Of a stretch of DNA of 64,000 nucleotides, positions 24,649 to 41,543 are shown one piece after another (the stretch's first letter is position 1; each line of letters opens with the position of its first letter). The translations under genes were made by a program, and so were the position numbers. The stretch lies in assembly GCF_009914755.1 (NCBI RefSeq), contig NC_060939.1. The stretch is one strand, 5' to 3'. This stretch comes from the human T2T-CHM13v2.0 reference genome, Homo sapiens. The notes beneath the pieces were generated by a model, which was not told where the DNA came from, searched no databases, and saw only the letters and a list, made by a program, of their open reading frames with translations.

Positions 24649-25439
24649 GTCCCCTTCCACCCTCCCTCTCTGTCACTCCTCACTTCCTCTTGAGTTGGGT
24701 TAAGCTGTGGGTAAGCAGGGTAGCTGAGCGCTGAGTGGTAGAGAAGACAGTCCTCCTCACCTCTCCTTGGGGCCTGGCACCCTCTGGTTCCATTGAATGG
24801 TGGCTTTGGAAACATTGGAAGGTGACACCTCCTCAGAGCAGTAGTCACACATGGGTCACTGTCAGAGTGACATGCTCAGGCTACTTCCAGTGGCTTTGCT
24901 GGCAGTAGGTGTTGAGCTGGGGCAGAGAGGAAGGATTCTAGAGAAGCCATATGGGGATCGTGGCTGACAGAGCGATGCTTAAGCATATGTGTGCTCCCTT
25001 TTTTGGAACTCCCAGAAATACTTGTGGCAGAGGAGGAAGAGGGCAGAGGTCCTGTAGGCGCAAGAAGAGAAACAGCAGGAACTTTGAGTTATGGATGTTA
25101 ATGGAGCTTTATTTATAGCCACAGACTGGGAGGGTCTGATAACATTTGTGTGATGTTGCTCCTCTCGCTGGCTACTCCCCCACTGCCTTTTCGCATAGGT
25201 GGCTGATTAAGCAAACAACGATGTCCAAATGCTTTCATCCCCTTTCCCTGTTTTCATTCAGTCTCCATCTTTTTCTTATTGAGTTGAAGGAGCACTTTCT
25301 GTACTGGGGAGAGTATTCCCTTCTCTATCACGTATTGCTACAAATACCCATTTCCCCTAGTTTCTTATTTCCTTTAACTTTTGTTATGCGGTGTTTGCCA
25401 TGCAGAAGTTTTCTTTTTTATAGTAAAGTATAAAACTAA

Positions 25440-25758
<319 letters not shown>

Positions 25759-26213
25759 TGTAAAAAAGTATTTTTACGATCAAACAATGCCTTTTGATAG
25801 TAAAGTATATCAACATTTCCTTTTACCATCTCTGACTTAGATAACACATTTAAAGAGCTCTTCCCCATCTCAAGAAATACTCACTTAAATTTTCTTTCTA
25901 TAAATAAATGTTTATATACATATATAATCCATATTTCTCCCATTAATTAGCAATGCCTCCTTTCATCATATACTAAATTTCTATACATACATGGTTATAT
26001 ATTTCTGGATTTTATCTCTGTTCCATCGATTTGCTTCTCTATTCTTGTTCCTATACCACTCTGCCCCCCCAAATTACTGTAACATATATTATCTTTAAAT
26101 AATAAGAGGAGTCTCTCTCCTGTGATACTTATCTCATTCAGAATTCTTTCCTGGGTTTCTTACCAGATTAACTATCTAGTTAAAATAATTTGATCATATT
26201 TTAAAAGATCATA

Positions 26214-26307
26214 GGCTGGGCAAGGTGGCTCATGCCCGTAATCTCAGCACTTTGGGAGGCTGAGGCAGGCAGATCACGAGGTCAAGAGATCAAGATCATC
26301 CTGGCCA
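26214..26307 (+). mobile_element. Alu left-arm fragment (AluSc-like), 3' truncated
   Basis: GGCTGGGCAAGGTGG...GATCACGAGGTCAAGAGATC; stops abruptly without a tail. Confidence 0.85.
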
Positions 26308-26309
26308 GC

Positions 26310-27200
26310 GGGATTCCCAGAGTCTTCAGATTTGCCCTGAATTGAGGGTGAAGGCAGGGATAATGGGTGAAGCTGTGGGTGTGGGTGAAATTCAGAAGGA
26401 GATTGAATACTAAACAAGAGGAACTGAAGGTGGAAGACCGTTGGCATGTGTGGGGAAAGTGAATGCTGCGAATGTGGATAAGAGAAAGCACACAGAGGGG
26501 AGAGGTGAGACACCAGCAGACGGGTGTCAAATAAGCCGGAGGAGGAGGAAAGCTCAAGACCAGCATAGTCGACAGAGTGCCATGTTGCAGGGCGGAGGGC
26601 GGTTGCAGAGAATGACTGCAATGGAGCTGTGGGCTGTGTTGGTCGTGGCTGATTAGCGATGAGGTGGTTATAACATTTAGTGTTTAAACTGGGACTGTTG
26701 GAGAAGACTCTGAGACAACAGGGGTAAAGCAGGATTCTTCCTGGAAAACTGAGACACATGGTAACCCCAGTTAGTGGTGACCTCTGAGAAAGTGGTCTCG
26801 TTGGAGGGATGGCCAAGGTGCCTAGGTTACATGGGTTGATGGTACACTGTGCTTTGTAGAAGTTTGGCCCAAAAGATAAGGAAAGAGTTGGTGGTAGATG
26901 GAGGGGAATCAAGGTTGAAAGGGGTGGGTATATTTACTTGTCTGTTTTCTAGGCTTGAGAGATTTGTCCATCTAGGGAAGGGTAAGGACTTAGTAAAAAG
27001 GGAGAGATAGAAGATACAAGATATAGAAGGGATAATTAACAAAGAGAGAAGATACAGGAGGGCAAGGGCAAGATCAGCAGTGTATAAAGGACATGGGGTT
27101 AACCTGGAAGAGGAGGACAGTTCCTGATAAGAAGGAAATAAAAGAATGCATGGCAAATGGAGGAAAGTTGAGGTGCAGAAAAGGGAATTTGAGAGAACTA
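26310..27200 (-). mobile_element. L2 LINE fragment (reverse-transcriptase region)
   Basis: ORF 26827..27312 contains IIPSISCIFYLSL...AKLLQSTVY, resembling the L2/CR1 RT N-terminal motifs (IFNLSLSTG..P; KLLERVV). Confidence 0.7.
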
Positions 27201-28465
27201 ATAATTTCTCAGGAATGGCTGCTGAGAAGGAGGTGGGCAATCTCTTTGGAGTAAAGAGCCCCCAAAGGAAAGGAGTAGAAGCCTTTAACCCCTTTCTTTC
27301 AGTAATTAACACGGCTAGATTCCCTCTAATGGATTGAGATGGTTCTGAATGAGACCCATTAGTGGTAGGGACCTGGCCAGGGTCTAAGCTCAGTGCCAGG
27401 CCCAGGCTCTAAGCTGGTAGGGTTCTGGCTGGTGTGTCTGGGCTGGAAGCCTCTCCCATCCTAGGCACTTTGGCACATTGGGGGTCTTCCTCCATTGAAG
27501 AAGGACCACAATCCCTGTAGAAATCTGGACCAGTGAGAACATCACTGTCTCGGTGGGCAAGGATGCTCGGACTGTGCAGGGCCAGGTTCTACTGTGACAC
27601 CTTGGGGTGGCAGCAGAAGCCACAGTGAGTCGGAGGCTCCAGCGCTCTCCTCACCTGGCTTTGGATGGAGGAACCAGCCCTTCGGATTCAGGAAGTCCTC
27701 CAATTCAGGGTGGAGGAAGCCCCCAAGAGACAGACACTGGATTTCTTGTTACTTCAGACAGGCTCAAATGGTTAATATGAAATATTAGTCTAATTTATAA
27801 CCCAATTTCAGTATAATAGAATGGTATGCAGCCATTCAAATATGTTGGAAAATAACGTTTGATTACATGAAAAAAATATTCAGGAATATTCATAGAACAA
27901 CTAGTATGAACACAATAATCTGATTTTTGAAAAGAATATGTAATATATCTATATAGAGACAGATATAAGACTGTAAGAATATATGCAAGTTAGCAGTGGT
28001 TGTTTCTGGGTGATGGAATTATGAGAATTATGAGTGATTTTTCTTTTGACTTACCTTTATTTTCTACAAGGTGCTTATATGGCTTTTTAGTAAGTTAAAT
28101 AACAAAGTCATTTTTTCAAAGGATTGCCAAGCAGTAACAGGACCCCAGCTGAGCCGGGAGGGGGAATCTGTTGAGAAGCCAGTGCCTGAGCCCGGGTTAC
28201 TCTCCCCAGCTGCACTCAGCAGGTACAGCTCATGACTGTGTAAACTGAAGGGAAAAACAACGTGGCCAAATTTAGCAATGCACCTAGCCCATGGGACACT
28301 TCCAGGGGGAGCTGCCCTGCATTCCCCACCTGGGGCTCTGTAGACCACCTTTGAGCTGGCGACTTCAATCCAGATGGCATCGGTTACACTTTCGCCCTTC
28401 TCTTGACTCTGCACACAACTATCCTCAGCCCATCTGTACCCAAGGCCAAATGGGAGAGATGAAGG

Positions 28466-29003
28466 TGTAAACCAAAAGTGACTGAGACAGGTTTCCATCG
28501 AGTAAAGGTTTATTTAGCCAAGGTTAAGGACAGGCCATGCGGGCTGTAGGTAGAGGGTGGGAGGGAAGGTAGGGAAATTCAAGCCACAGGAGCATCTGTG
28601 ACCCATGCTTTTTCCAAAGGGAGTTTTTGGGAACTTTCATATTTAAAGGGGGAAGAGCAAACAGGAGGGAAAAAAGAGGGAGTGAGGGTAGGCCGTGAGG
28701 CAGATGATTACGGTCTTGTGAGGCTCTGATTCACCCCAGTAAATCTACATTTTACATGTGAAAGAGAGCAGAAGAAAAAGTCAATGATGCTTTATCCTGC
28801 GCTGAGTAAATCTGCATTTGACATAAGAGAAAGTAAACATGTGAAAGGAGGGAGCAGAGGAAATGAGGCTCTGACAGGGTTGTGAAATCACTGCTGCCTG
28901 TTTGGGAACAAAAGGAAAGCAGTTCTTGTGTGACTCAGTTCCCCAGCTTAACTTCCCCTTTGGCATACAGAGTTTGGGGTCTTGAGATCTATTTTCTTTC
29001 ACA
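28466..29003 (-). mobile_element. MER4-family solo LTR (ERV1)
   Basis: TGTAAACCAAAAGTGACTGAGACAGG... and ...ATTTTCTTTCACA termini. Contains AP-1 TGACTCA at 28931-28937. Confidence 0.82.
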
Positions 29004-29950
29004 AGGGTTTAGGAAGGCTGAAATAAGCAAGGGGTTCTCAGAAGGAATGGACTACGGTGGCTACAGCTGTGATTCCGGTTATGTGCCTGTCAAGGTCACC
29101 GCGCTGCACAAAACTGTGGTTTTTCCACCCTCTGGTGGGAAGAGGGGCAAGGACACTGCCAGCCAGTAGGGAAAGGCGCAAATCAGACCAGAACCCAGCA
29201 TCTAGAGGGAAGGCCTTACAGCTCTAGCCAGAGTCCTTGATGAGTCCTAGACAGCATCCACCCAGGGGGCACGGTCAGCTCGCTCATCCTGGCCGGGGCT
29301 AGTGGCCCATCCTGAGTGTCACTGAGAGGGGCCCATGATACCTCCCACCTATATTTGGTGGATGTGTGCAAGGGGGTCGCTGAGGGGTGTGGACAGGTCT
29401 CCACTGGAGGGTGCGGAAGGGGCTGAGCACTAGCCCTTTCGGCTCTTTCCAGATCCCTGAATCAGATATCACCACCTGCCCCATGGGAAGCCTGTTAGCC
29501 AGCCGGATCTCTCTGCTTAGCACACAGGGCTGTCTCTCTCCCAGGAGCAAGGCCTTTGCCAAACAGCAGGAGGGGTGAGATGGGGCAGGTGAAGAGGGAG
29601 GGGCCTCCCCTGGCCCACCCCCATGCCTACGTGAAGATTCTCTAAGTGAAGCGCCATCCCTGGTACCTACCACTCTCTTGAAGATTCCCACAATGATGGT
29701 GAAGGAAACGCAGTTTATCTCTGACTCATAACAGGCATTCCATAAATATTTGTTGAATGAACAAGTAAGTGAGTGAAGTAATTAATTGATTTTGTGGGCA
29801 CATGGCTAGATAAGGAGACAGACTCTTTTTAGACGAGGGACATATAGATAAAAATACCCATGGTGCCTGGCCATGAGTAAAAGAAAGGCTAAGTTGCCAA
29901 GGTTTGTTGACTATGAGTCAAAATTTTTATGTATTAATCATGATACTTTA

Positions 29951-30316
<366 letters not shown>

Positions 30317-31659
30317 CTAGAACCACAGAGTATCAAGTCCAACCAAGTCCAAGTTTCAGATAAGAAAACAGGCCTGGAAGGAGAAGGGAGTGTCCAAAGC
30401 CACAGCTGGTAGAATTTAAGCAAACTGCAGGCCTCTTGCTTCCCGGTCCTGCAGGGGTCTTGTGCCTCATGCTACTTCTGCAATGCAGCTGGGGGCCTTT
30501 TCCCCAGGTGCAGGGTGTATGTGATCAGTTTTCCTTATAAATAAATATTGGTTGGGCATCTACTGGATGCAATGTACCTATTATATGCCAAGCAAGTTGC
30601 TAGATACTGGTGGTAGAATGGTGGACCAGATATTAACTTGACAGGAAAGGAGATGGGCGATTAATCTGGCAATTTCAATAAGGAAAGTACACCCAGCTTT
30701 GGGAGCCCAAAAAAGGAATGCCTAGCCCAGACCTAGGGTGAAGGGTCAGGTGGGAGAAGCTTGAGGTGGAGAGCAGACATTCCACACAGGAGCCTTTCCA
30801 GGGGCATTCCCTCACCCTGCTCCCCCAACCCCCGCATTCCTGGCTGATCTGTCTCCTACTTGCCTGGGAGTGCCTGGCTCCAGAGTCCCAGGCACTGCAG
30901 ATAAGAGTCACACCTCAGAGGCCAAGGGGACAAATATGCAGGACAGGCTGCTCAGATAGAGGGAGCCTCAGGAAGGGGTCAGGCTCCAGAGGGAGGCCCT
31001 GGGAAGGAAAAGCTCTTCGGGGGGATGTGGTGGGATGGTATGAACTCAAAGGCAGAGGCCTGACCTGCAGGCCCCTCTCAGCAGGCCCTTCCCAGCCCTG
31101 TTGAGTTTTGCTCTTCAACCATGAATCTCAGTCTTATTTGGAGGCCAAAGCTTCTCTAGGAGAAGGAGACCCCTCATCTTTCTGGTCTCCTTTCCACCTC
31201 CCTCCTCCCATCTGCCGATGGGACAACTTCATAGACAACTCACCCCTCTTGCCTCATCAGCCCATCCTGAGTCATTTCTTTCATCCCTCTTCATTGGATG
31301 GCTCCTGAAACTCAATCTCTTCCAGAGAAGTGTGGAGGCAGAGTCAGAAGTGGAGAGAGAGAGAAACAACCATGATCCTCCTCCTCTCCATCATCCTAGT
31401 CCTAGTAGTTGGGCTAACATAGACAGGAGCCTATGTATCGGTCAGAAACCCTGCAGGAAATGGAAGCAGGAGAGCTGTGAGTTAGCATGTTGCTGAGGGG
31501 CAAAGTCCTAAGAGAAAGAGGGCAAAGAAACTCCATCTCCTTCCCCACTGGATGTGCTGGTTAAAATCATCAGCTAAGGTAGGTCTGGCTTCTCTGAGAT
31601 TTCATTGCTACTCCTGATTGGCCTGAGGCAGCCCCTGGGCACTTTTCATGCTTCTTGAT

Positions 31660-31835
31660 GAGGAGTTCTTAACTGGGCTACTGGGGTTCCATGCATGGCT
31701 CCAGGAGGTCTCTGGAGCCCCCAAACTTGTATGCAATACACTGCATATTTGCACGTGTCCTTGTTTCTAGAAGGCTCACAGGTTCCATCGGATTCCCAAA
31801 GGTGTCCATGACACATAAACGGTACAGAACCCCTC
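31660..31835. mobile_element. hAT-Charlie-type MITE
   Basis: GAGTTCTTAAC...AAAGGTGTCCATGAC...AGAACCCCT terminal pattern. Confidence 0.5.
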
Positions 31836-32129
31836 ATCCAGGTCTTTGGAGGAAGACACACCTCCTGCTCACCTGCCCTCTCCCGAAAGGCTCCCCTCCC
31901 CTCCTCTGGGTTTCTTCCACTCTTGTGCTTCTGTAGACAGCCTGTTCCCAGAGCCAACTGGGGCCATGTGCTTCTCTGCTCACCTGGACACAGCACCACG
32001 CCTCTATCGACTGCCCTATTTAGGAGCTGCTGAGCTGACAGCAGAAACCAGGACTGCATTTGCCCCCTCCAGAGGCATCTAGGCTTTGAGGAAGGGTGTG
32101 GGCGAAGAGCCTCTGAATCTCTGGACTTA

Positions 32130-32312
32130 AGGAGCAGGAGTTCTGGAGTCAAAAAGACTTGCACTTCACCCTGGATCTGTGCCACCTTGACAATTTAATG
32201 AACCTCCCTGAGATTCTGTTTCCTCATCTATAAAATGGGGTGAATGCCTCCCCACAGGGGTGTTTTGAGGATTGAGGTAATGGCTATAAAATGCCAGGCA
32301 CTCAATAAATAT
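32130..32312 (+). mobile_element. MIR SINE
   Basis: TCTGTTTCCTCATCTATAAAATGGGG core. Confidence 0.75.
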
Positions 32313-32454
32313 TAGCTGTTATCTGGCATAATTGGACCCAGAAATTTTCTCTCCAGTGTCCCTGGCTGGAGGTTGTCCAGCTCTTTCTGGGAGCTGCCAC
32401 CTCCCAAGGCAACCCAGCCCCATTTGGACAGCTCCCACTGTGAGAAACTTCTTA

Positions 32455-32965
32455 CGTCAGTTGGGAACTCTGAGTTGAAGTGACAGAAATTCAACTCACT
32501 GGCTCACCAAAATAGGGAATGTATTGGGCCAAGAAATTGGGAAGGGTAGCAGCAGAAGTGACCTCAAGGACTCTGGAGACCTAAACAATGTTGTCAGGAC
32601 TTTTCTTCTCTCTCCCTGAAACTCTTGGCTCTGTTTCTCCGTGTGATTGGCACAAAGTCACCAACAATTCCCAGCATATCTCATCCCAGCTTGGAGAACC
32701 AGAAGATAGAGAATCTTTCTCCCAGTGATCACACATACATTCTCAGGGAGGATTGAGAGAGGCCAGGCGTGGATCACATGCCCATCTCTGAGCCAATTAC
32801 CATGGACAGGGCCATGGGCGCTTATGACTGGCCAGGTGTTGTCCCACGACCTGAGGCTAGGAGATCGTATACACTGAGTGGTAGCCACGTTGAAACCATA
32901 TGGAGTGTGGGAGGGTAGGTTCCCCAAAGAAAGGAATGCTGTTTCTAGAAGCCTGGGCAAACAAA
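32455..32965 (-). mobile_element. Old MaLR LTR (MLT1J/K-like)
   Basis: AGTGACAGAAATTCAACTCA...GGATCACATGCCCATCTCTGAGCCAAT pattern. Confidence 0.5.
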
Positions 32966-33494
32966 ACAAGTGGTTGTTCACTGCTCTTTTTCAAATTCAG
33001 TCCAGCACCAGTCCTGGCTCTGTCCTTCTGGCCTACACAGGACAAAATATGAAGAGTCATTGTAACCTCCTCAGTCTTCATTTCTCCAAGCTAAGTTCTT
33101 CCCTCTCTCTGAATACAATGGGTTTCCAGTGCCCCCTCCCCAGACTCCTGGGCAGAAGGCAGCAGTCTGGTTGGAAGTTGGAATGGGGACTGGATTTGAG
33201 AATTATCAACTGAAATGCTGATGAAAATGATGGGGGGCTCTAGTATGCCTTGGAGGCAGCCACTGATCTGGTGTTTCCTTTAGCCACCAGGGGAGTTGAC
33301 TTGGGAGGAAGGAGAAGTGGTGGTGAGTGGGAGGAAGAGAAGGGGAAAGAGGAGGAAGGAGAGAAGAGAGAAGAGTGGGAGGAGCAGGGAGGCAGACGAA
33401 GAGGGAGAAATAGGAGTTAATGAGAGGAATGGGAAGAAAGCTTCAGCTCTCAGGCTGGGAAGCACAATCAATACATCAAAAGGTGCCCAGTGTG

Positions 33495-34413
<919 letters not shown>

Positions 34414-36480
34414 GCAGGCTTCCTGGAAGAGGGAGCTTGAAGGAAGAAGAGGAGTGCAAAGCTAGAGCCTGGCTCTGGGAACCCACAGCAGGAAGCATAG
34501 GAGCATCTCTGATGGCCCAGCTGGAGAGTCGGGGGCAGGCTGGCAAGAGAAGGGGCTTCTGCCTCCCTCCCTCCATTCTTCCTTTCCCAATTGGGCTGCT
34601 CTGCAGAGGTCACCCCTAGGCTAATGAGGAATCTTCCTGAAGTTTAAAACCAATTAAGCAACAAATGGTTTCTGATTAGTTATTTCTCTTGATGTGAATT
34701 TTAATGAACAGCTTCCTCTCCCCGCCCTACCTTCCAAGCACCCTGGGAGCTAGCCAGCTTTGGGTCTGCCTTGAAGAGCCCTCAGGGGTGTCTCAGAAGG
34801 CTGGGAGAGGAAGGGGAGAGGGACTGGGATGGGGGGGATGGTGAGCAGGTTTGCACAGCACAGCAAACCCTACCAGTCAGCCTGCATTTCCCTTGACATT
34901 GCAGGGTGCCGCTTGTCCCTGAGGCAGGGGCTGTCTCGAGGGGAATGAGGAGCAGGGAGAGGACAGAAAGCAAGTGGAACAGAGAGATGGTGACAGCGAC
35001 TAGGTGACAGCCTAGTCAAACAGGCTGAAGTAGAAAGTATAAAAAGTTCACCCAGGACAAAAGCTAGAAGAGCTGGAGGAAGCCCAAGCTGCAGGGAGGC
35101 ACAGAGGTGGGACCAGGGCTACAGGGGAAGGCAGAGTGGTGCAGTAAGCAGAACCAAGTTCTATGGGGATGTGCTGTGGGGCTCTCAGTGGATGGGCCCC
35201 CCACTCTGGTGCTCATCCTTCCACGAATGCTGAGATGGTGGTTATCATTGGCCTTCCTCTAGGGACACTTATGACCCTTCCATGAGATGACGCAAGGGAA
35301 AGGACACTGGGAGTAGGGTAATGAGTGTGGGGGAGATGGCAGGGCACTGTCTTCTCCACCCCTCAACAGGAGACTCCCCGCACAACAGCTGTTGGACCTT
35401 ATTCAGTTACACCCCTGTCTCATTCCACGGGCAGCAAACGGGGGCCAGAGTCCTCAGCTGTGTCTCCATTGCGGACAGGAGGGCCAGCTGCACAGTCACA
35501 GGGTCCAGCTCTCTCTACCCTAAAATGAGCATCCTCTAGGATCCTTGCCCAGGACTGAGACACCCCTCGGGAGTAGCTGAGACCCAGAAGTGCTGCTCGG
35601 AAGCTTTGTGGAATCTTGCTGATCAGCCCTGCACTCCTGACCACTCCTTCCAGCTGAGCAGAAAAGCTTTCTTGAAAGGAGAATGAAGTCCAGATCTCTG
35701 CTGGAAGAAGGAAAGAGGGTGGGGGAAGCACCTTGTAGGAACTGCTGACAAAGAAATAAGGATGGATTTTTCTGCAGGTTCCTCTTCACTGTTCCCCTCC
35801 TCTCCCCCTCCTCCCCAGTCCCTCTACCTCCCACCTTTTCTTCCCTCCCTAATCCATGTTGGCTCTGAGGGACATCTGGCAGAAGGTTTCTGGAATGATC
35901 TGACTAGGCTCTGGACTTCCAGGAAAAGCCCAGTGGTTCTTATAGTGATTCCCTCAGGGTCAGAGGAAAGGCAACATTTCTGGCCCAGGCATCTGAGTGA
36001 TGACAAATTGAGAGCAGCCACCTCTAAACCCAACCTCTTTGGCTTCTGTTTTGGGTACCAGGAGCCAGCCTGGCCCAAAAGATTGGCTCCTGACCAGGGC
36101 TCTGCAGCCCAGAACTGGGGCCAGCTGCTCCAGGCCTGAGCCTCCCCCACACTTGGCCTCATGTCACCATCAGGCACCTGGGCCCCTCTGGTTGGCTTGA
36201 CTGCCCCAGCTTTCTGGAACATGCTGGCTGTGTCTTCCTCATGGAGCAGTGACAGATGACAGATTGGACTGATTAGGTCTCTTGGTGGCAAGGGACAGAG
36301 CCCAATTATGGGTACAAAAAAGAACTTTATTGGTAGATAATAGTAGTACCAGGTTGTCCTTTTTGAGGAGCCGGCCAGAGTCAGGTATGGGGTACTGGCA
36401 AACACATCCCAACTAGAAGAAGGGTTGAACAGTCAATCTAGGGAAGAGCAGGGCTGCTGCTGGATCCCAGGAACATCTGA

Positions 36481-36787
<307 letters not shown>

Positions 36788-37402
36788 TGAGCTCCAGTCT
36801 TGAATGTTGCCAGGAACCTGTCTTCTTCCTTCCGCCTATATCCCTTGTCTCTGCTCCTCTCTGACTGTAGATCAGCTTCAGATGCCTCCTGAGCCTCATC
36901 CCTCACAGCTTCAGTTCCTAATGAGAAATGGACTCATCTCAGTAGCAGCTCAAAAAAATCCCAGGGAGGAAGTCAATGGGTTCAGCTTGGGTAGAGGCCC
37001 TGCCCCTGGATCAGTCCATGATTAACTGAGGATAGAGTAAAATGGCTCTTTCCACGGGAACCCTGTAGGTGGAAAGGAGGAAGAAGCAGCTTACTAGAAG
37101 AAAGGGGCCTCTCCCCAGAATTTGAGAGGAGGGCTGGAGAGACAAATCAGTAAGCCTCTATTTCATCTGCTGTCTCACCAAGAGGACTGTGGGACTTTTT
37201 TTGCAAGTCCCGCTAGAGAAGCTTTGTGAGTGTGACTCTCATCATCTCTGGCTCTCAAGGGGGCACACTGCTAGATGTATTTCTTTCCCTCATCCCCAGC
37301 TCCCCGCCGGCCAATCCTGACCCAGAGACTGTTCTCATTTGTCACCCCAGACTCTGGCCCTGGTGACCCACACCTGCCATCTTGTCCTGCATTCTCTCTC
37401 TC

Positions 37403-37808
<406 letters not shown>

Positions 37809-37915
37809 TAAAAGTGCCACCATTTATGACCTGTCTGAGATCCTGTTTCTTCACTTGTAAAACGGAAAAGAGTACCTAACCGACAGGGTTGTAATGAGGG
37901 TTAAAAGAGACGGGT

Positions 37916-38207
37916 GGCCGGACGCAGTGGCTCATGCCTGTAATCCCAGCAGTTTGGGAGGCCAAGGTGGGCCGATCACTTGAGGCTGGAAGTTTGAGAC
38001 CAGCCTGGCCAACAAAGTGAAACCCCGTCTCTACTAAAAATACAAAAACTAGCCTGGCGTGGTGGGGCGTGCCTGTAATCCCATCTACTCGGGAGGCAGA
38101 GGCACGAGAATCACTTGAACCTGGGAGGTGGAGGTTGCAATGAGCTGCGATCGTACCCATTGCACTCCAGCCTGGGCAACAAAGCAAGACTCCATCTCAA
38201 AAAAAAG
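37916..38207 (+). mobile_element. Alu (AluS-type) inserted in a MIR
   Basis: Full dimer; MIR sequence continues on both sides (~37750-38270). Confidence 0.93.
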
Positions 38208-39489
38208 AGAGAGAGAGATGGGGAATATAAGCTCTTGGCACATAGTAGGCACTCAATAAATGGCAGCCTGAAAAATTCCTCATCAAAACATATAGAGTCT
38301 CCACGGCTCCTTTGTCAAACAGCAAGATCCCTGTATTTGAGCAGGAGCTATTTGTAGCAGGTGGGGGAAGGGCGGTGAGGATCGTCTTCCTGCTGCAGGC
38401 TGAAGGAGAAAACCTCAGTCTCCCCTCCCCAGCTAAGCTCACATATATACCTTTTGGCCAACTCTGGGGAGCTGTCTGTTTTCTGGGAAAATGTCTCCGT
38501 GGCTTCAGGGAAAAGGTCAGCTACACTGGAGTGCATCACAAGAGCAGAGTGGAGAGGGAGATGAAGACCCTGCAAGGGACCCTGGACATATCTATCCTGG
38601 GGAAACTCCAGCTTCTAAATGTTTCAGGCCGTAGGGAAAACCCAGACACTGGGTCCCTCAGGGCCACGGTCTGCATCTGTGCCCAAATCAGCCTTGTGTA
38701 TCTGCACAGGCTGTCCTTCCTGAGGAGCTGGCTGTGACTGGTACAGGATATTGGCAAACACATGTCAGCTTTACTCCCCCTTGTTTGGGTCGGCAACCCT
38801 GAGCTGCAGGCTGGTGGGCCTAGCAGTGATAGGGAGGGGCAGGGGAAAAATAGGGAACAAGGACAACCCAAGATACAGGTACATGCATGCAAGCACCCTC
38901 AGACACACACCAGCCGGCCCTGTGTGTAGAGGGAAACAGATGGCCAGGATCAGAAGCCCTACCTGAGGCCTCCCAGATGTTTAATAATAGTAATCGAGCC
39001 TGCATTTACAAAGCACTTACCATGGGCCAGGCACTGGGATAACCTCTTCCAGTTCATTATTTCGTTAAATCCTTTCCAGAATCCCTGGAAGTGGGCAGTA
39101 GTACCCCTGTTTTACACATGAGGGACTGGAAGCCCAAAGAGTTAAGTAACTTGCTAAAGACCACATCATCTGATTTCAAAGCCCTGTCATCCTGCTGCCC
39201 ACATGGGTACTACAACAGACCCAGTTTTCCTACGAAGACATTCACAGAGGACAGAAGATTCTCCAGGCAAATGCACTGGTTCTTGCAGGCAGGCCTGGAG
39301 TGGCCCAGTGTTAGAATCTCCTGGGGAAGTTGCTGAAAGTGCAACTTCCTGGGTTCCACTCCCCCTTCAGGCACCCTTTCTTCTCCATACTGATTCAATG
39401 GGGTTGAGGGCCTAGGAATATGCATTTTAACAAGCTGCCTATCTCCCATGAAAATAGCTTCCCGCCCCATTATTAAAAATATATACTGT

Positions 39490-40005
<516 letters not shown>

Positions 40006-41243
40006 TCAGGTGCAAATCTACATTTTTCATATATTTGTGGGAAAGAACTAGGTTCACTAACGTTGGAAATGTCTGCTCAGGATTTTGAACACATGGCCTG
40101 GCCCGGAATGCAGTTGCTGGGCTTCCCCAGGTCAGTGTCAGTCCCAGGGATCTGCACAGAGGAAGCTGGGAACTCCACAGTCTGGAGTGTGGGAGGAGGG
40201 TGCATCCCCTCCAGCTTTCTCCTGGCTCCCTAGGCTCCTGCAACCCCTATCGACTCAGCCTCACAAGCAGGGGTGGAGGAGGCAGCAAGCACTGCTTGGA
40301 GTAGGCAACTCTACCAGGCCTTCTCCGTCCACAGGAGAATGCATCAATAACTTCTGCAAAAGCCTCTTTCCTCTGCCCAGGACCCTCTCTCTTGGAAGCC
40401 TGGGACCATCCTTGGTTCCCTACTTCCTAAGCTCCTCCCACACCATTCTGCCAGACTTGTAAAGCTCCTCTTCCAAGAATGTCCTCCCCTGGGTAATTGG
40501 ACCCACAGGCCATTGACATTTAAAGAAATGTTCCTGACCTTTTCAGCAGTTCCATAAAATCGCAAAATAGGTCTCTAAATATTACTGCAGACTCCTACTT
40601 GCCCAGACCCTGGCAGAGACTCATTTTCCCGGCTAACTCAGGAATAAGAGAAAAATAGCAATATTGCTAGCAAAAAGAGGGCTATTCTCAAACATCTTTT
40701 GGTAATCATTCCGTTATAGATGGCTGTTATCTGCATCAGGACTCCACCATCACCACCCACCACCACCATTACACATTTCGCCATCATCACCTTAATTACT
40801 TGATTATATAAAATGTGCAGGATTTGTGCTCTTAAATCTTCACAGTGCAAAAAGTCTACTTGCGTTTTAGCTATTTGATCCAGCTATGTGAGAACGTTTA
40901 TCTTCTTCTCCCCTTCCTCCATTGGTGTGGGACCAGATGGAACAATGGATATAGAAGGACCAAAGGCTATGGAGAGAGACATAAGAGAAGACAGAACTCT
41001 GGGAGGAGGGGCAGTGAATGTGTAAAGAGACATTCTGAGAAATTTGAAAATAGATTAGATATTAGATCAGGACTATCCCTTGCATTAACAGAGCTTGGGT
41101 TAAGAGTAGAAATTTACATTTTCCTCCCACATGTTTCCCAAAACAGCCTTATCACTTAAAACAGGAGTTGGGCAAACTCCACTCTGCAGGCCAAATGCAG
41201 CCTTTGGCTTTTTGTACGACTCTTGAGCTAAAAATGTTTTCAC

Positions 41244-41543
41244 TTTTTTTTTTTTTTTTTGAGATGGAGTCTTGCTCTGTTGCCCAGGCTGGAGTGGAGT
41301 GGTGCAATCTCGGCTCACTGCAACCTCCACCTTCCAGGTTCAAGCAATTCTCCCTGCCTCAGCCTCCTAAGTAGCTGGGATTACAGGCACACGCTACCAT
41401 ACTCAGCTAATTTTTGTATTTTTAGTAGAGACGGGTTTTTGCCATGTTGGCCAGGCTGGTCTCAAACTCCTGACCTCGGGTGATTCACCTGCCTTGGCCT
41501 CCCAAAGTGCTAGGATTACAGGCGTGAGCCACTGCACCCGGCC
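41244..41543 (-). mobile_element. Alu (AluS-type)
   Basis: Antisense full dimer; CACTTTTT on both sides. Confidence 0.95.
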
